A program made the translations under genes and the position numbers. A stretch of 64,000 bases of DNA, taken from the IMG/VR virus record IMGVR_UViG_3300043418_000072, positions 62,001 to 126,000 of that record; one strand, written 5' to 3'. Under the pieces are notes generated by a model. That model did no database searches and was not told the DNA's origin. It worked only from the letters and a program-made list of their open reading frames with translations. Below are positions 26,529 to 35,859 of the stretch, in pieces. Each line of letters begins with the position of its first letter. Position 1 is the first letter of the stretch.

Positions 26529-27406
26529 AGTATTTTTAAAAATTCTTCTCTATCAGGGCATGGAGCAAAATCTCTGGCACCCCAATTCAATGGTACATGT
26601 GCGTGTGCCCATTTAAACAAATCGTTATACTCGGGGATAGTCTTGGCTATATAGTTATGAGTAAAGAACTCGCACCCGGTTAGCTTAGGACGAGGCAGCA
26701 AATCAAACAGACGCCATTTGTTATCCTCAACAGGCTGAGAAGTGTCCCAATGATAAATTACGCTTGCAAGCATTTCCGGAGACCAATAAAAGAAAGCCCA
26801 CGGGTGCTTGTTTGGGTTTACTATCTCTATATAGAAATCGCTCTCGTCAAACATAAACCCACGAAAAGTTTCCGCAAATTCACGATCTGCTTTAACAAGT
26901 CGCAATTTTGGATCAGGGTAATATGATGGTAATGCGCCAGTTACTAAGTATCCACCTAGACGTTCAACTTCATTGGCTACTAAGTTAACAGTTGCGCCGA
27001 ACCAACTGATACCTTTAATTCTTCCTACTGTGCGCTTACCGTAATCTATAAATTCAAACGGGTCTACTTCAAACTTAATAAGTTCAACATCATTTTCAGC
27101 ACACCACTTATCGGCGTACCATTCGCCAATCATGAGATAACCTTTACAAGTCATCATAATGGCTTTGAACGGGACTCCAGCAGCTTTAAAGCTCTTTGCT
27201 ACATATTCGCTATCGCAACCACCACTAAGTGCAACGTAGATATTTGGGTACATTGCATAGATTTCCTTGGCAGTTGAAATAGCTATTTCTTCCAGTGGCA
27301 GTATCTTATCTGCTTGCTCTGTGAATTGTACAGTTAAATCCTCATCACGAATACGGCGAGGATTTCCGCCAAACGAATAAGTGAGCCAGTTGTTTCTACA
27401 GTACAT
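26513..27406 (-). CDS. PP-loop (SGGxDS) protein 3
   Basis: LSGGCDSE and HPWAFFYWSPEM. Confidence 0.7.
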   Translation of the reverse strand: MYCRNNWLTYSFGGNPRRIRDEDLTVQFTEQADKILPLEEIAISTAKEIYAMYPNIYVALSGGCDSEYVAKSFKAAGVPFKAIMMTCKGYLMIGEWYADKWCAENDVELIKFEVDPFEFIDYGKRTVGRIKGISWFGATVNLVANEVERLGGYLVTGALPSYYPDPKLRLVKADREFAETFRGFMFDESDFYIEIVNPNKHPWAFFYWSPEMLASVIYHWDTSQPVEDNKWRLFDLLPRPKLTGCEFFTHNYIAKTIPEYNDLFKWAHAHVPLNWGARDFAPCPDREEFLKILCRTQ

Positions 27407-28227
27407 TAGGTGTTTGCTTTATACCAATCATAGAAGTGCTTGATGTCTACTTCTAGTGGGTCGAGAGTTTTTGATGGTGTTCTGTATTTATTGTTTAGCG
27501 ATAGCCGATTAACTGCATCTACGTCTTCGTCAAATGTGACTTCTGCTACCTTAATAAAGTTTTCTCGCACATGCTGCGGAGTAGACTCATTAAACAAGTA
27601 ATGGATGTATACTTCATACCCATAGTCGGTTTGTACCATTTCGCTAAAGTACAAGCATCCTGGTTCCCACTCGATATGAGTGAATGGGTAAATGAATAGC
27701 CACCATCCGTGTTCATGGTGCTGACAAACCCAATCACTACCGTATTCAGTTTGCAACTTGTGTATGTCTACGTAACTAGTTAGCAATGGGTGAATCTTGT
27801 CAACGTGTAGCAGATCCACGTGCATTTCCATTTGCCACTTCCAGTCACCGGTTCCTGTTCTGCGTGTACTGTGACTATAGGTAAACGAATCGTTAGCCAA
27901 GTCATTGACCCATTTTGCGTCAGAGGGTTCCTGCCAGTCCATAAACATCAGCCCACTTTTGCCAACTGTAAGATTACGGGGCTTTAAACATGCCGAGTTA
28001 TTAGTAGGCGTTCCGTCATCGTTCCATTGCCAGCCATGTAGCTCGCAACGCATATTATCTGCAACGCCAGCTGGCTGCAAAATAGGAAATCCGCGATGCG
28101 GACAGATGTTAGTAAATGCTTCGAACTGTTGGTTAATAACAAACTTGTTAGATGCAAAAAACTTATTATCTTTTAAACTATCCTTGTGCCCAAAAAGTCT
28201 TGGCACCGGTCCTTTAAACAAATCCAT
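27406..28227 (-). CDS. Rieske [2Fe-2S] non-heme iron oxygenase (copy 2)
   Basis: NICPHRG...CELHGW, DLLHVDKIH and EDV motifs. Confidence 0.8.
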   Translation of the reverse strand: MDLFKGPVPRLFGHKDSLKDNKFFASNKFVINQQFEAFTNICPHRGFPILQPAGVADNMRCELHGWQWNDDGTPTNNSACLKPRNLTVGKSGLMFMDWQEPSDAKWVNDLANDSFTYSHSTRRTGTGDWKWQMEMHVDLLHVDKIHPLLTSYVDIHKLQTEYGSDWVCQHHEHGWWLFIYPFTHIEWEPGCLYFSEMVQTDYGYEVYIHYLFNESTPQHVRENFIKVAEVTFDEDVDAVNRLSLNNKYRTPSKTLDPLEVDIKHFYDWYKANT

Positions 28228-28552
28228 GTTCTACTCTATCTTGTACTTCTTTTAAATTATGTGCAGTTACATTATCCATGAACTTGAGCAAGAACATGCT
28301 TGCTGTTGAAGCATCATCTCCGTGAAAGTGTATGCGGATACCACCGGTGCCGTTTTGATGATAGTGGCACCACTTGGCTTTACCAAATGCAATGTACTCT
28401 TTATCTATTTTGTTGCCACGGTGATTGTAATAGCTGTCAACTTTCTTACGGCCGCCAACTAGCTCGCACCACTCAATGAGTTCAGTAGTCATTTCCTTAA
28501 CGTCAATCCATACTGCATAGGTTACAGTGCATCCTGGTGGTAGTGCAATCAT
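28214..28552 (-). CDS. Hypothetical protein (small FxxDxxxAxxFxL family)
   Basis: IHFHGDDASTASMFLLKF. Confidence 0.65.
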   Translation of the reverse strand: MIALPPGCTVTYAVWIDVKEMTTELIEWCELVGGRKKVDSYYNHRGNKIDKEYIAFGKAKWCHYHQNGTGGIRIHFHGDDASTASMFLLKFMDNVTAHNLKEVQDRVEHGFV

Positions 28553-28896
28553 TGTTTAAGTATCCGTTCGTTAATGATCATGTCCATGATAGACTCAATT
28601 CTACAATTCTGTATTAGGTGCCCGTATACTATGCTAAACATCAGGATAGTGTCTTCGTCTGGAAAGAATACTCTAGTACCTGTATTGCCACCGGCGCGGT
28701 TGCTATAACTAGGCTTGCACCCAGGGAACTGCACTAGATAGGATACAGTGCCCCACGACGTTGTGCTACTCGGGATAACTGCTCCACGAGCACGTAGGTA
28801 CTCAGCTGCCTCTTCTGTAAGCTCAAACAAGTCTACAGGATAGGATCCGTTCATTATTGTGATCTGCTTGCTAGATATTTTTGCCATTGTATCCAT
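28549..28896 (-). CDS. Hypothetical protein, tandem paralogue of 28214..28552
   Basis: RVFFPDEDTILMFSIVY. Confidence 0.55.
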   Translation of the reverse strand: MDTMAKISSKQITIMNGSYPVDLFELTEEAAEYLRARGAVIPSSTTSWGTVSYLVQFPGCKPSYSNRAGGNTGTRVFFPDEDTILMFSIVYGHLIQNCRIESIMDMIINERILKQ

Positions 28897-29312
28897 GTGC
28901 CTTTACTAAGGAATCCCCATTCGCGACGCTTACGACCTGGCATAAACAGTGTCCAACATTCAATACTGGGATCAAGCTCAATGCGATGATAGCTATTGGC
29001 TTTTGCACTACGGAATGATCCAGCACCACGCCATGTTGCAATCTCGCCAATCTTGTGACCCTTGCTGTTAAACTGAGGTTGCCATTCCCAGTACCCGCCC
29101 TTTAAGATAAGAGTTCGGTAATTCCAAGGATGATCATGCACGTCATCGGGATCTGACTTAAGAAACTTGTGCAGAAAAATGTTAAAGGGGAAATTCTCAC
29201 GGTCTTTAAGAAATACATAGTAACGCTCTAAATAGGGTTCGTTGTTTACACGGTCCATAACAATACGTTTGCGACCGTGTGCTTCAAGCCAGTTGAGAAT
29301 CCACTGCTTCAT
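28854..29312 (-). CDS. Cupin-fold protein (HDHPW family)
   Basis: FLH.F..SD....HDHPW..GGYWE..HRIEL..WTLF motifs. Start moved to MKQWIL. Confidence 0.7.
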   Translation of the reverse strand: MKQWILNWLEAHGRKRIVMDRVNNEPYLERYYVFLKDRENFPFNIFLHKFLKSDPDDVHDHPWNYRTLILKGGYWEWQPQFNSKGHKIGEIATWRGAGSFRSAKANSYHRIELDPSIECWTLFMPGRKRREWGFLSKGTWIQWQKYLASRSQ

Positions 29313-29320
29313 AGTTGGCT

Positions 29321-29536
29321 TTACTTGCAGGTGTCTAAAAATTGATCTAAACGCATACACGCTTCGTCAAAGTCTACGCCCCAGACATGTGCGTAAATAA
29401 TACCATCTTTAATTTGCATATCAAATGGTACCATACCGTTAAATCTAAAGTCACTAGGCATTTCAGTTGTGACCATAAACTCGTTTAATACCTTTGCACG
29501 ATTGATCAGTGCTGTTGTCATGTCTGCGGCGTTCAT
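29321..29536 (-). CDS. Hypothetical protein
   Basis: AAGGA RBS; operon-packed. Confidence 0.6.
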   Translation of the reverse strand: MNAADMTTALINRAKVLNEFMVTTEMPSDFRFNGMVPFDMQIKDGIIYAHVWGVDFDEACMRLDQFLDTCK

Positions 29537-29545
29537 GTTGTTTCC

Positions 29546-30247
29546 TTAGCGTGGTGCAAACTCTTGTTGCAATTTGATGTTGTCAAAGAACTCTTTCTTT
29601 ACGCTTGCGTCTTCTTTAAAGGCTCCGCGTAGTACTGTGGTCTGAGTAAGGCTAGAGTGAGCCATGATACCACGATTCTCACAACACCCGTGGGTAGCTT
29701 GAATATAAACTGCAACGTCCTGTGATCCAGTTGCAAGTTCAATCTCACGAGCGATGTCCATACACAGTTCTTCTTGTAGTGTTCCACGTCTTGCGCACCA
29801 CTGCGCAATCCTGGTATACTTCGATAATCCGATGAGTTTCTGTCCAGCAATAATACCAATGTAAGCCACACCTGTAACAGGTTGGTGATGATGGCTACAC
29901 ATGCTCTTAAGCTCACTGCGCACAACCAACATTCCGTCGTATGCGCCATCGCTATCATTGGGAAACGCAGTTGCGCTAGGGCTCGCATCGTACCGCCCAG
30001 CCATAATTTCGTTGTAGTACATTTTTGCAAGACGCCTTGCTGTGCCTTTTGAGTTCGGATCATTTTCACGGTCAATCAATAGTGTGTCAAGTACTTTTTC
30101 AAATGCTTCTGCTGCTTCGCTAATCAATGATTCTTTTTCTTCTTCGCCAACATACTCACTAATGTTGTCGCCTGCCCAAAAGCGTTTATTGTCTGCTCGC
30201 ATCTTGTCGCGAATAACTTGTGATAAGTTTTTACTTGTATCTGTCAT
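29546..30247 (-). CDS. folE: GTP cyclohydrolase I
   Basis: SMCSHH, GLSK..R, LQE, H.C...RG and T....G.F motifs. Confidence 0.95.
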   Translation of the reverse strand: MTDTSKNLSQVIRDKMRADNKRFWAGDNISEYVGEEEKESLISEAAEAFEKVLDTLLIDRENDPNSKGTARRLAKMYYNEIMAGRYDASPSATAFPNDSDGAYDGMLVVRSELKSMCSHHHQPVTGVAYIGIIAGQKLIGLSKYTRIAQWCARRGTLQEELCMDIAREIELATGSQDVAVYIQATHGCCENRGIMAHSSLTQTTVLRGAFKEDASVKKEFFDNIKLQQEFAPR

Positions 30248-30248
30248 T

Positions 30249-30845
30249 TTAGTCCTTGATAGTGATTGTTCTTAGGTCTGGGTACTCAACGGTTACTGGT
30301 TTGGGTTTATTAACCTTAACTCCTTCAAGCAATGCAAGTCCTTGTACTGCTTCTTCAGGTGTAGGCTTATAATGATACCCAACTCTAAACTCTTTCTGAG
30401 ATTCCCATGGTTTAATATTTAGGTCGCGTCCATCATAGCGCATTAAAATTAACGCATCATAGGCCGCCTTGTCATCTAGTAGTATAGCACCTCCGCGACC
30501 AATATGTAAAGGCTTTGTGTGCCCAAAACTCAAACATTGAATTTGCCCCGGATGATACATGTTTTCTTCCAATCGTCTAGCACTATCCCAGATTCTAGTT
30601 TTTCGAAACTTGTATTCGCCTACCCATTGTGCAGGTGACCCAACTTCGTAGTAATATTGAATATTGAGTTTGTGCATCAACATCGGAATACTCAAGTATG
30701 TAAATGGGGTAAATGCGCAAAACTCTACCTTGTCATATCTCATACAAAGTTCAATTGCATGTGTGCAGCAATCGGTCATGATTGCATAGGGTGCGCCGGT
30801 AAATTCTGCTAACGCAATTTCAAATTTCTTAATTTTATCAAACAC
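30249..30845 (-). CDS. Short DegT-like PLP-dependent aminotransferase
   Basis: FE..LA...GA.YA, WDSA and LSFGHTKP...GRGGAIL motifs; only about 200 aa. Probable GTG start at 30845. Confidence 0.7.
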   Translation of the reverse strand: MFDKIKKFEIALAEFTGAPYAIMTDCCTHAIELCMRYDKVEFCAFTPFTYLSIPMLMHKLNIQYYYEVGSPAQWVGEYKFRKTRIWDSARRLEENMYHPGQIQCLSFGHTKPLHIGRGGAILLDDKAAYDALILMRYDGRDLNIKPWESQKEFRVGYHYKPTPEEAVQGLALLEGVKVNKPKPVTVEYPDLRTITIKD

Positions 30846-31821
30846 GATTCTTGTACCAGTTATATGCTGTGTCAATGATGTTTTTTATACTGCTGTTAAT
30901 TGGATACCATCCCAATACTGAGTTAGCCACAGATGGATCTGCTACTAACAGGTCTGGATCACCCTGTCTACGTGGACCATACTTGACTGTAGTTAATCCG
31001 TATGTTTCGTAAACGTAGTCAACGATTTCTTTGTTACTGTACCCGCTACCGGTACCTAAGTTAAACACATGATGGCCAGCAATAGTGTCTGGGCCATAAT
31101 GGATAGCAAAGAACTCTGCTGCCTTAGTGTGTGCCACAGCAATATCCCAAACGTGTACGTAGTCGCGAACGCAGGTACCATCTAATGTGTCAAAGTCGTC
31201 GCCATTGATAGTAACTAATCTGCCGCTTAGGCTTGCTTCAATTGCTCGTGCAACTAGATGTGTTGCATCGGGCTCTTGCCCTAAGTCACCAGTTACTGCC
31301 GCGCCAGCAGCATTAAAATATCTAAAGCAAATGGTGTTAAATCCATATGCGGAACCGTAATCCTTTAGCACTTGTTCAACGATCATTTTAGTTGAACCGT
31401 AAGGGCTAATTGGCTGTAAGGGGCTGTTTATTGTTATTGGTGATTCTTTGGGAACCCCATATACGCTGGCGCTACTACTAAACATAATAGTAGGCCGCTT
31501 TGGTAAATCCTTTAACACATCCAGCATCTTAATAGTCTTACTAACGTTGTTATCGTAATACTCTGCTGGATTTGTCATGCTTGGGCCAACTAGACTAGTG
31601 CCTGCACAATGCACAATAATGTCTGGTTGCAGCATGATGTACATGCTGAGTGCAGCTTTGCTAGCAAAGCAATTGATCAAATGACCGTCAATGTCCTTGA
31701 CAGTGTGTTCACGGTAAACAGTGTCAACAATGTGTACAGTGTAGCCTTCTTGTTTGAAAGCTCGAGCAACGTGACTACCAATGTACCCACATCCGCCAGT
31801 GACAATAACGGTCTTTGACAT
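30838..31821 (-). CDS. galE: UDP-glucose 4-epimerase-like protein
   Basis: TGGCGYIGSH, SSSASVYG, YGSTK, RYFNAAGA and DGTCVRDYVHV motifs. Confidence 0.9.
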   Translation of the reverse strand: MSKTVIVTGGCGYIGSHVARAFKQEGYTVHIVDTVYREHTVKDIDGHLINCFASKAALSMYIMLQPDIIVHCAGTSLVGPSMTNPAEYYDNNVSKTIKMLDVLKDLPKRPTIMFSSSASVYGVPKESPITINSPLQPISPYGSTKMIVEQVLKDYGSAYGFNTICFRYFNAAGAAVTGDLGQEPDATHLVARAIEASLSGRLVTINGDDFDTLDGTCVRDYVHVWDIAVAHTKAAEFFAIHYGPDTIAGHHVFNLGTGSGYSNKEIVDYVYETYGLTTVKYGPRRQGDPDLLVADPSVANSVLGWYPINSSIKNIIDTAYNWYKNRV

Positions 31822-32004
31822 TTAGGCCTTTTTAGCTTCTGCTCGTGCGTTCTTGGTTTCAGTGATTTCGTTGCGACGAGCTTTTACGCCCTTAGCAAGT
31901 TCTTGCAATGCTTTACGAGCACGGGTGCCGGCTGCATTGTTGCCTGATTCAAACTTTTCATTCTCTGCCAAATATGCGTCGAATAGTGGTTGTAGATTTG
32001 TCAT
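31822..32004 (-). CDS. Histone H1-like (Hc1-type) small protein
   Basis: ENEKF..GN.AAGTRARKAL.EL.K...RR.EI pattern. Confidence 0.75.
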   Translation of the reverse strand: MTNLQPLFDAYLAENEKFESGNNAAGTRARKALQELAKGVKARRNEITETKNARAEAKKA

Positions 32005-32027
32005 TTTATTTTCCTTTTGTTAAATGA

Positions 32028-32693
32028 TTATTTAGATTGGTTAGCGAGGCCACGCCATTGCTTAACGGTTTCTTTGATGGACTTACCATCATCTTTCCAT
32101 GCTTTACCAGTCCAAGTCAACATTAGTTGTTTTGGATAAGGCCAAGCATCAACTTCAGACATCTCACATTCGTAGATGCCTTTGTGTACGGGGTTAATTT
32201 TAGCAGGGAACCAATCGGTTAGCAATGGTTCTGGTGTCACAGTAGGTAACTCAATGGTATGCACAACAGTGGCGGGGTCGGTTGATCCTAACCATTCTTC
32301 GCCAGTGTCTACGTTAGTTAGTCGCAATGGGCCATTTAAATAGTATTCGCATTCGTTTTGGCTCCATCCTTCGCCTTCAAGCCCTTCGTACCATAGTTCG
32401 TTCCATAGTGCTCGTAGACGGTCTTGCTCTTCCTCGGGCATATCGTCAGGGAATTCCCAATCAGTCCAACACCCATCATTAAGACTATCTAGTTCCCAGT
32501 CATTGCCATCGTCGTCAATGCGGTAATCGCTACCTTCGTTAGCTAAGTCAATGTCGGGTTGATCATCACTTTCGCAAACAAACGTGCCCCAACGGTAGCC
32601 TTCTGTTTTACGAATGATTTGGCCGTCTTTGAACCATAGTTGAACTTCTAGTGCGCTTTTCTTTTGTTCTGCTTCGATGCTCCATTTAGCCAT
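32028..32693 (-). CDS. Hypothetical acidic, Trp-rich protein
   Basis: 221 aa ORF; C-terminal TDWFP..INPVH.G.YE...WRGL. Confidence 0.7.
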   Translation of the reverse strand: MAKWSIEAEQKKSALEVQLWFKDGQIIRKTEGYRWGTFVCESDDQPDIDLANEGSDYRIDDDGNDWELDSLNDGCWTDWEFPDDMPEEEQDRLRALWNELWYEGLEGEGWSQNECEYYLNGPLRLTNVDTGEEWLGSTDPATVVHTIELPTVTPEPLLTDWFPAKINPVHKGIYECEMSEVDAWPYPKQLMLTWTGKAWKDDGKSIKETVKQWRGLANQSK

Positions 32694-32695
32694 TA

Positions 32696-32881
32696 TTAAA
32701 TTCCTTTGAGAGTTTTTAGCATTATGTATTGTTCAAATACTTCAACTATCTCGGGATCTCCCCCGAGATAGTATTCACTAGCAGCCCTCATGCTTAACGC
32801 TAAAGCAGCCGCTTCTGATAATGTAGGCCAACGTGCTTGACAGCACTCGACCCAAATTTCTTGTTTAGTATTTAGACTCAT
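32696..32881 (-). CDS. Hypothetical protein (start moved to MSLNTK)
   Basis: Fills the gap after the glycosyltransferase gene. Confidence 0.5.
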   Translation of the reverse strand: MSLNTKQEIWVECCQARWPTLSEAAALALSMRAASEYYLGGDPEIVEVFEQYIMLKTLKGI

Positions 32882-34043
32882 GTGTATGCTTGCGATAGTC
32901 AGTCGACATACGCAACCACTGTTCGCCTTTGCCTTCAATAATGTCAACAATGCGATCAGCAGTACCGCTAGTCCATGCGCTAATCTTGCCCATGTTTTCG
33001 CTTGGCTTTTGTAGCAACTTCTCTAGCTTGTCTAATGCGTCATCAATGCTCCACGGTACATACATACGAGTATGATCATTTCCAAAAGTTTCAGGGAAAG
33101 AGCGATATGCAGGATACAGTACATTACATCCCAACGCGTCAGCTTCGGAGACAGTGTTGGAGACCCAATCTTGTAAAGCACAATTAAATACAACACGAGA
33201 GTTATTAACAATGTCATAGTACTGATTCTTTTCTAGGTCTTCGTAAATGGTTAACAATCCTGCAGTCTGCATGCCACGTGTACGTTCCATGTAGCTATCG
33301 TTATTGCTTTTAAGAACAGCACCCGAGCAAACAGCAAACTCTACTCCCGAACCAGGATGACGTTCGTGCCATGCTTTGATAACATCCATGTAAAAATCTG
33401 GTTGCTTTTCTTGGTCCCAACGTGCAGAGAATACCACGCGATGCTTACGCTCATTCCATGGAGTAATCTTATTGCCCACACGCTCTTGAACTTCTTCGGT
33501 GTTAAACACCAATCCTGAAATATTGTAGATTGGTGATTTCCAACCTGCAATCTTCATGTGCATTACCATTTCTTCATTAGTGGCCAACACGCCATCGACA
33601 AAGCTGTCCACCATGCGTTCATAGTGACCCATAAATTCACCCATTCCCCAAACATGTACGAAATCGTCAGGGTCAATAGACTGAGCGAGACAACGAACAA
33701 AGATTCTTGGGCGCGAAGCCTCTGGGATTTGTTTAAGGATGTAGGGTAGGCTTTCAATCCCTGGTTGGAACATGTCTTCGAAATATACAACATCATCTTT
33801 AGTTACTGCTCCTTGTTGCATCAACCGAACCAAATTCATAATCTGGCTCATACCAAAGTAGCTGCGACCGTGTGCGTCCAGTACTTGTCCTGTAACAATC
33901 TTTTGACTGTTATCTAGTGTTAGGCCCGGAACATACACTGCTTCAACACCGCGACGATCAAACACACGTTTGTTCCATTCTGTAAGTTGTAGGGTATAGC
34001 GAGCTTTGTAACTCTCTAGTCCCATGTAATATAGCTTGCCCAT
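32865..34043 (-). CDS. GT-B (family 4-like) glycosyltransferase
   Basis: FSARWDQEKQP, then QD.VSNTVSEA...GC..L.P...SFPE, typical of the GT-B C-terminal domain. Confidence 0.8.
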   Translation of the reverse strand: MGKLYYMGLESYKARYTLQLTEWNKRVFDRRGVEAVYVPGLTLDNSQKIVTGQVLDAHGRSYFGMSQIMNLVRLMQQGAVTKDDVVYFEDMFQPGIESLPYILKQIPEASRPRIFVRCLAQSIDPDDFVHVWGMGEFMGHYERMVDSFVDGVLATNEEMVMHMKIAGWKSPIYNISGLVFNTEEVQERVGNKITPWNERKHRVVFSARWDQEKQPDFYMDVIKAWHERHPGSGVEFAVCSGAVLKSNNDSYMERTRGMQTAGLLTIYEDLEKNQYYDIVNNSRVVFNCALQDWVSNTVSEADALGCNVLYPAYRSFPETFGNDHTRMYVPWSIDDALDKLEKLLQKPSENMGKISAWTSGTADRIVDIIEGKGEQWLRMSTDYRKHTHESKY

Positions 34044-34450
34044 TAAATAGGACCTCCGTTAATTTTTGTTAAGTAATCGCGCATGGTGATATCGCTCATA
34101 TTCTGACGCCATTTATCAGCGTATGGGTCAACTGCGTGTTGCCAGTTGTATGAGTTATACGAGCGAGTAGCAGTTTCATTGCGAGATAGTGCATCGGTGA
34201 TGTGGCGTACTTGGTCTTCTAGACCGCGAATGCGACTGTGTACGGCATCCAAATCACGCTCCATTGCACGTAGCGGACCGATATCACCTTTAGCATCAGC
34301 GTCTTCGGGGTTAGTAAGCGCCACAATCATCAACAGATTGCGAAGGGCGTTTACTACACGCTCATCTTTACTGATTAGGGCAGTATCAAACAGATCCATG
34401 ACCCGTTGTAGATCAAATTCTGCTTGGCCCATGTCGTTTGTGGCGCTCAT
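34043..34450 (-). CDS. Hypothetical coiled-coil protein
   Basis: Operon-packed ORF. Confidence 0.6.
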   Translation of the reverse strand: MSATNDMGQAEFDLQRVMDLFDTALISKDERVVNALRNLLMIVALTNPEDADAKGDIGPLRAMERDLDAVHSRIRGLEDQVRHITDALSRNETATRSYNSYNWQHAVDPYADKWRQNMSDITMRDYLTKINGGPI

Positions 34451-34452
34451 AA

Positions 34453-34716
34453 TCAGCGGTACTTCCAGTTGCTGTTTTTGTCACGAGGTTTAAATTCGCG
34501 ACGCTCTTTTGGATACGGACTCCAATTGTCCTTGGGGAACTTGCCAGCTTTAACTCGCTGCATTTCGCCCCACGGTGTTTTCTCGTTGTAGAGATGGCTT
34601 TCGTCGTAGACGTAGCCCTGCTTCTTACAGAACGCCAAGTACTCTTCGAGGTCATTGAATAGACGCGAAACTTCGGGTTTCATCTTCAAGTACTTTTGCA
34701 GGTGTTCGTTTGCCAT
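34453..34716 (-). CDS. Hypothetical protein
   Basis: AAGGA RBS; F.DLE.Y..FC...GY.YDE..LY pattern. Confidence 0.7.
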   Translation of the reverse strand: MANEHLQKYLKMKPEVSRLFNDLEEYLAFCKKQGYVYDESHLYNEKTPWGEMQRVKAGKFPKDNWSPYPKERREFKPRDKNSNWKYR

Positions 34717-34727
34717 TTTATATTTCC

Positions 34728-35177
34728 TTAGATACTAATCAGTTGTGGGCGGTGAGATTCATATTTAATTAAAGCGCCGTTCTCACCATCTTCGGCAACT
34801 TCAATCCAGACACTGCGGTCAGGATACTTTGTGTTGATTTGTGTGTACAAATCATCTGCAATCATTTCGCAACTCTTAAAGTTGAGCTCTAGCGTACCGC
34901 CTGCATACAAGTTTTCGAGCCAACGTTTAAATTGGATAAACTCAATGTCGCGGTCGTTGTGAAACACGTCAATCCATACACGGAAGTGAAAGATATGACG
35001 ATGTGGTAGGCCGAGGAACGAAACGTCGTACTCGTCGCCTGTTGCTAGTGCTGGATCAGTTGCTGCTGCTGGGTATTTGTGAATGCCTTCTTTCTTGAAG
35101 GTTACCCAAATTTGTCGGTCTGCACGTTGCATGATACGCTCACGCTTATCTGCTAGTGCTTGGTCTCGTTGGCTCAT
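34728..35177 (-). CDS. QueD-like T-fold protein with LxxxHRHxF motif (DpdL-like CDG decarboxylase candidate)
   Basis: EGIH.YP, FLGLPHRHIFHF, DRDIEFI, SCEMIA and EDGENG motifs; lacks the QueD CxxxHGH/Y motif. Confidence 0.65.
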   Translation of the reverse strand: MSQRDQALADKRERIMQRADRQIWVTFKKEGIHKYPAAATDPALATGDEYDVSFLGLPHRHIFHFRVWIDVFHNDRDIEFIQFKRWLENLYAGGTLELNFKSCEMIADDLYTQINTKYPDRSVWIEVAEDGENGALIKYESHRPQLISI

Positions 35178-35359
35178 CTAATAATTCCTTGTGAGTCGGT
35201 TGTGGTATGTAAGTCAATGACTTCGTTTGCTACGTCTGAATAGTGAGTAGTACATGCAGTTTGCATTTCGTCCCACATAGCTTCAAAATCGCTATCTGAA
35301 ATGTCTGGGCGCATTTCTGCAATCACAAGACGTAACTGCTCTTTACGGAGGTTGTTCAT
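35174..35359 (-). CDS. Hypothetical protein (start moved to MNNLRK)
   Basis: ATGA overlap with the upstream stop. Confidence 0.5.
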   Translation of the reverse strand: MNNLRKEQLRLVIAEMRPDISDSDFEAMWDEMQTACTTHYSDVANEVIDLHTTTDSQGIIR

Positions 35360-35859
35360 AAAGTTTCGTCTTTCGTATAGCTGGACCAATCAGTAAATAC
35401 TTTTCGATCCATAAGGTTGTGAACACTGTGGCACCAAACACCTGGGTTAGTTGCTGCAAAGTCTTTGTCGTCTAGCTTAATTGTAGCATTATAACCTAGC
35501 TGTTGTAAATACGGCAGTTTCACCGAAATCATCGGAATAAAGTTATGATGTTCGCATAGACATCCTTCTAGTAGGCCTTCAACACATTTAGCATCAATGT
35601 CTAGCGTACAAGTATATCCTTTTTCCAAAAACGGACGAATCATGTTTTCCCAATCGTTCCAAACCGGATCGTTAATTGCAGGATTCGGAAAGCTCATATT
35701 GGCACCAAAGTAGATATGGTCCGCACCGTGTAGGTTAAGTGCAATATCTGCCAATGGCTGTATGCCCACTACAAACAGGGTTTGTTTTCCAAATGCGGGA
35801 GTATGTTCTACTTCCTTGCCTTGGAAGAACTTGACTTCTTCGTGGCCTTCTCTGATCAT
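35356..35859 (-). CDS. Hypothetical protein coupled to the TGT-like gene
   Basis: G.EVEHTPA.G..TLFV, HIYFGAN and KLDD.DF.ATNPGVW motifs; ATGA-coupled. Confidence 0.7.
   Translation of the reverse strand: MIREGHEEVKFFQGKEVEHTPAFGKQTLFVVGIQPLADIALNLHGADHIYFGANMSFPNPAINDPVWNDWENMIRPFLEKGYTCTLDIDAKCVEGLLEGCLCEHHNFIPMISVKLPYLQQLGYNATIKLDDKDFAATNPGVWCHSVHNLMDRKVFTDWSSYTKDETL

Noticed and set aside
24829-27406. Calling the three SGGxDS proteins queC
   Set aside because: They share only the PP-loop. The QueC YGQ/RN motifs and the C-terminal Zn-binding Cys cluster are absent.
30249-30845. Short DegT-like gene as a pseudogene
   Set aside because: The frame is intact, it keeps the PLP lysine motif and it is tightly coupled to its neighbours. 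It is more likely a compact variant, though activity is unproven.
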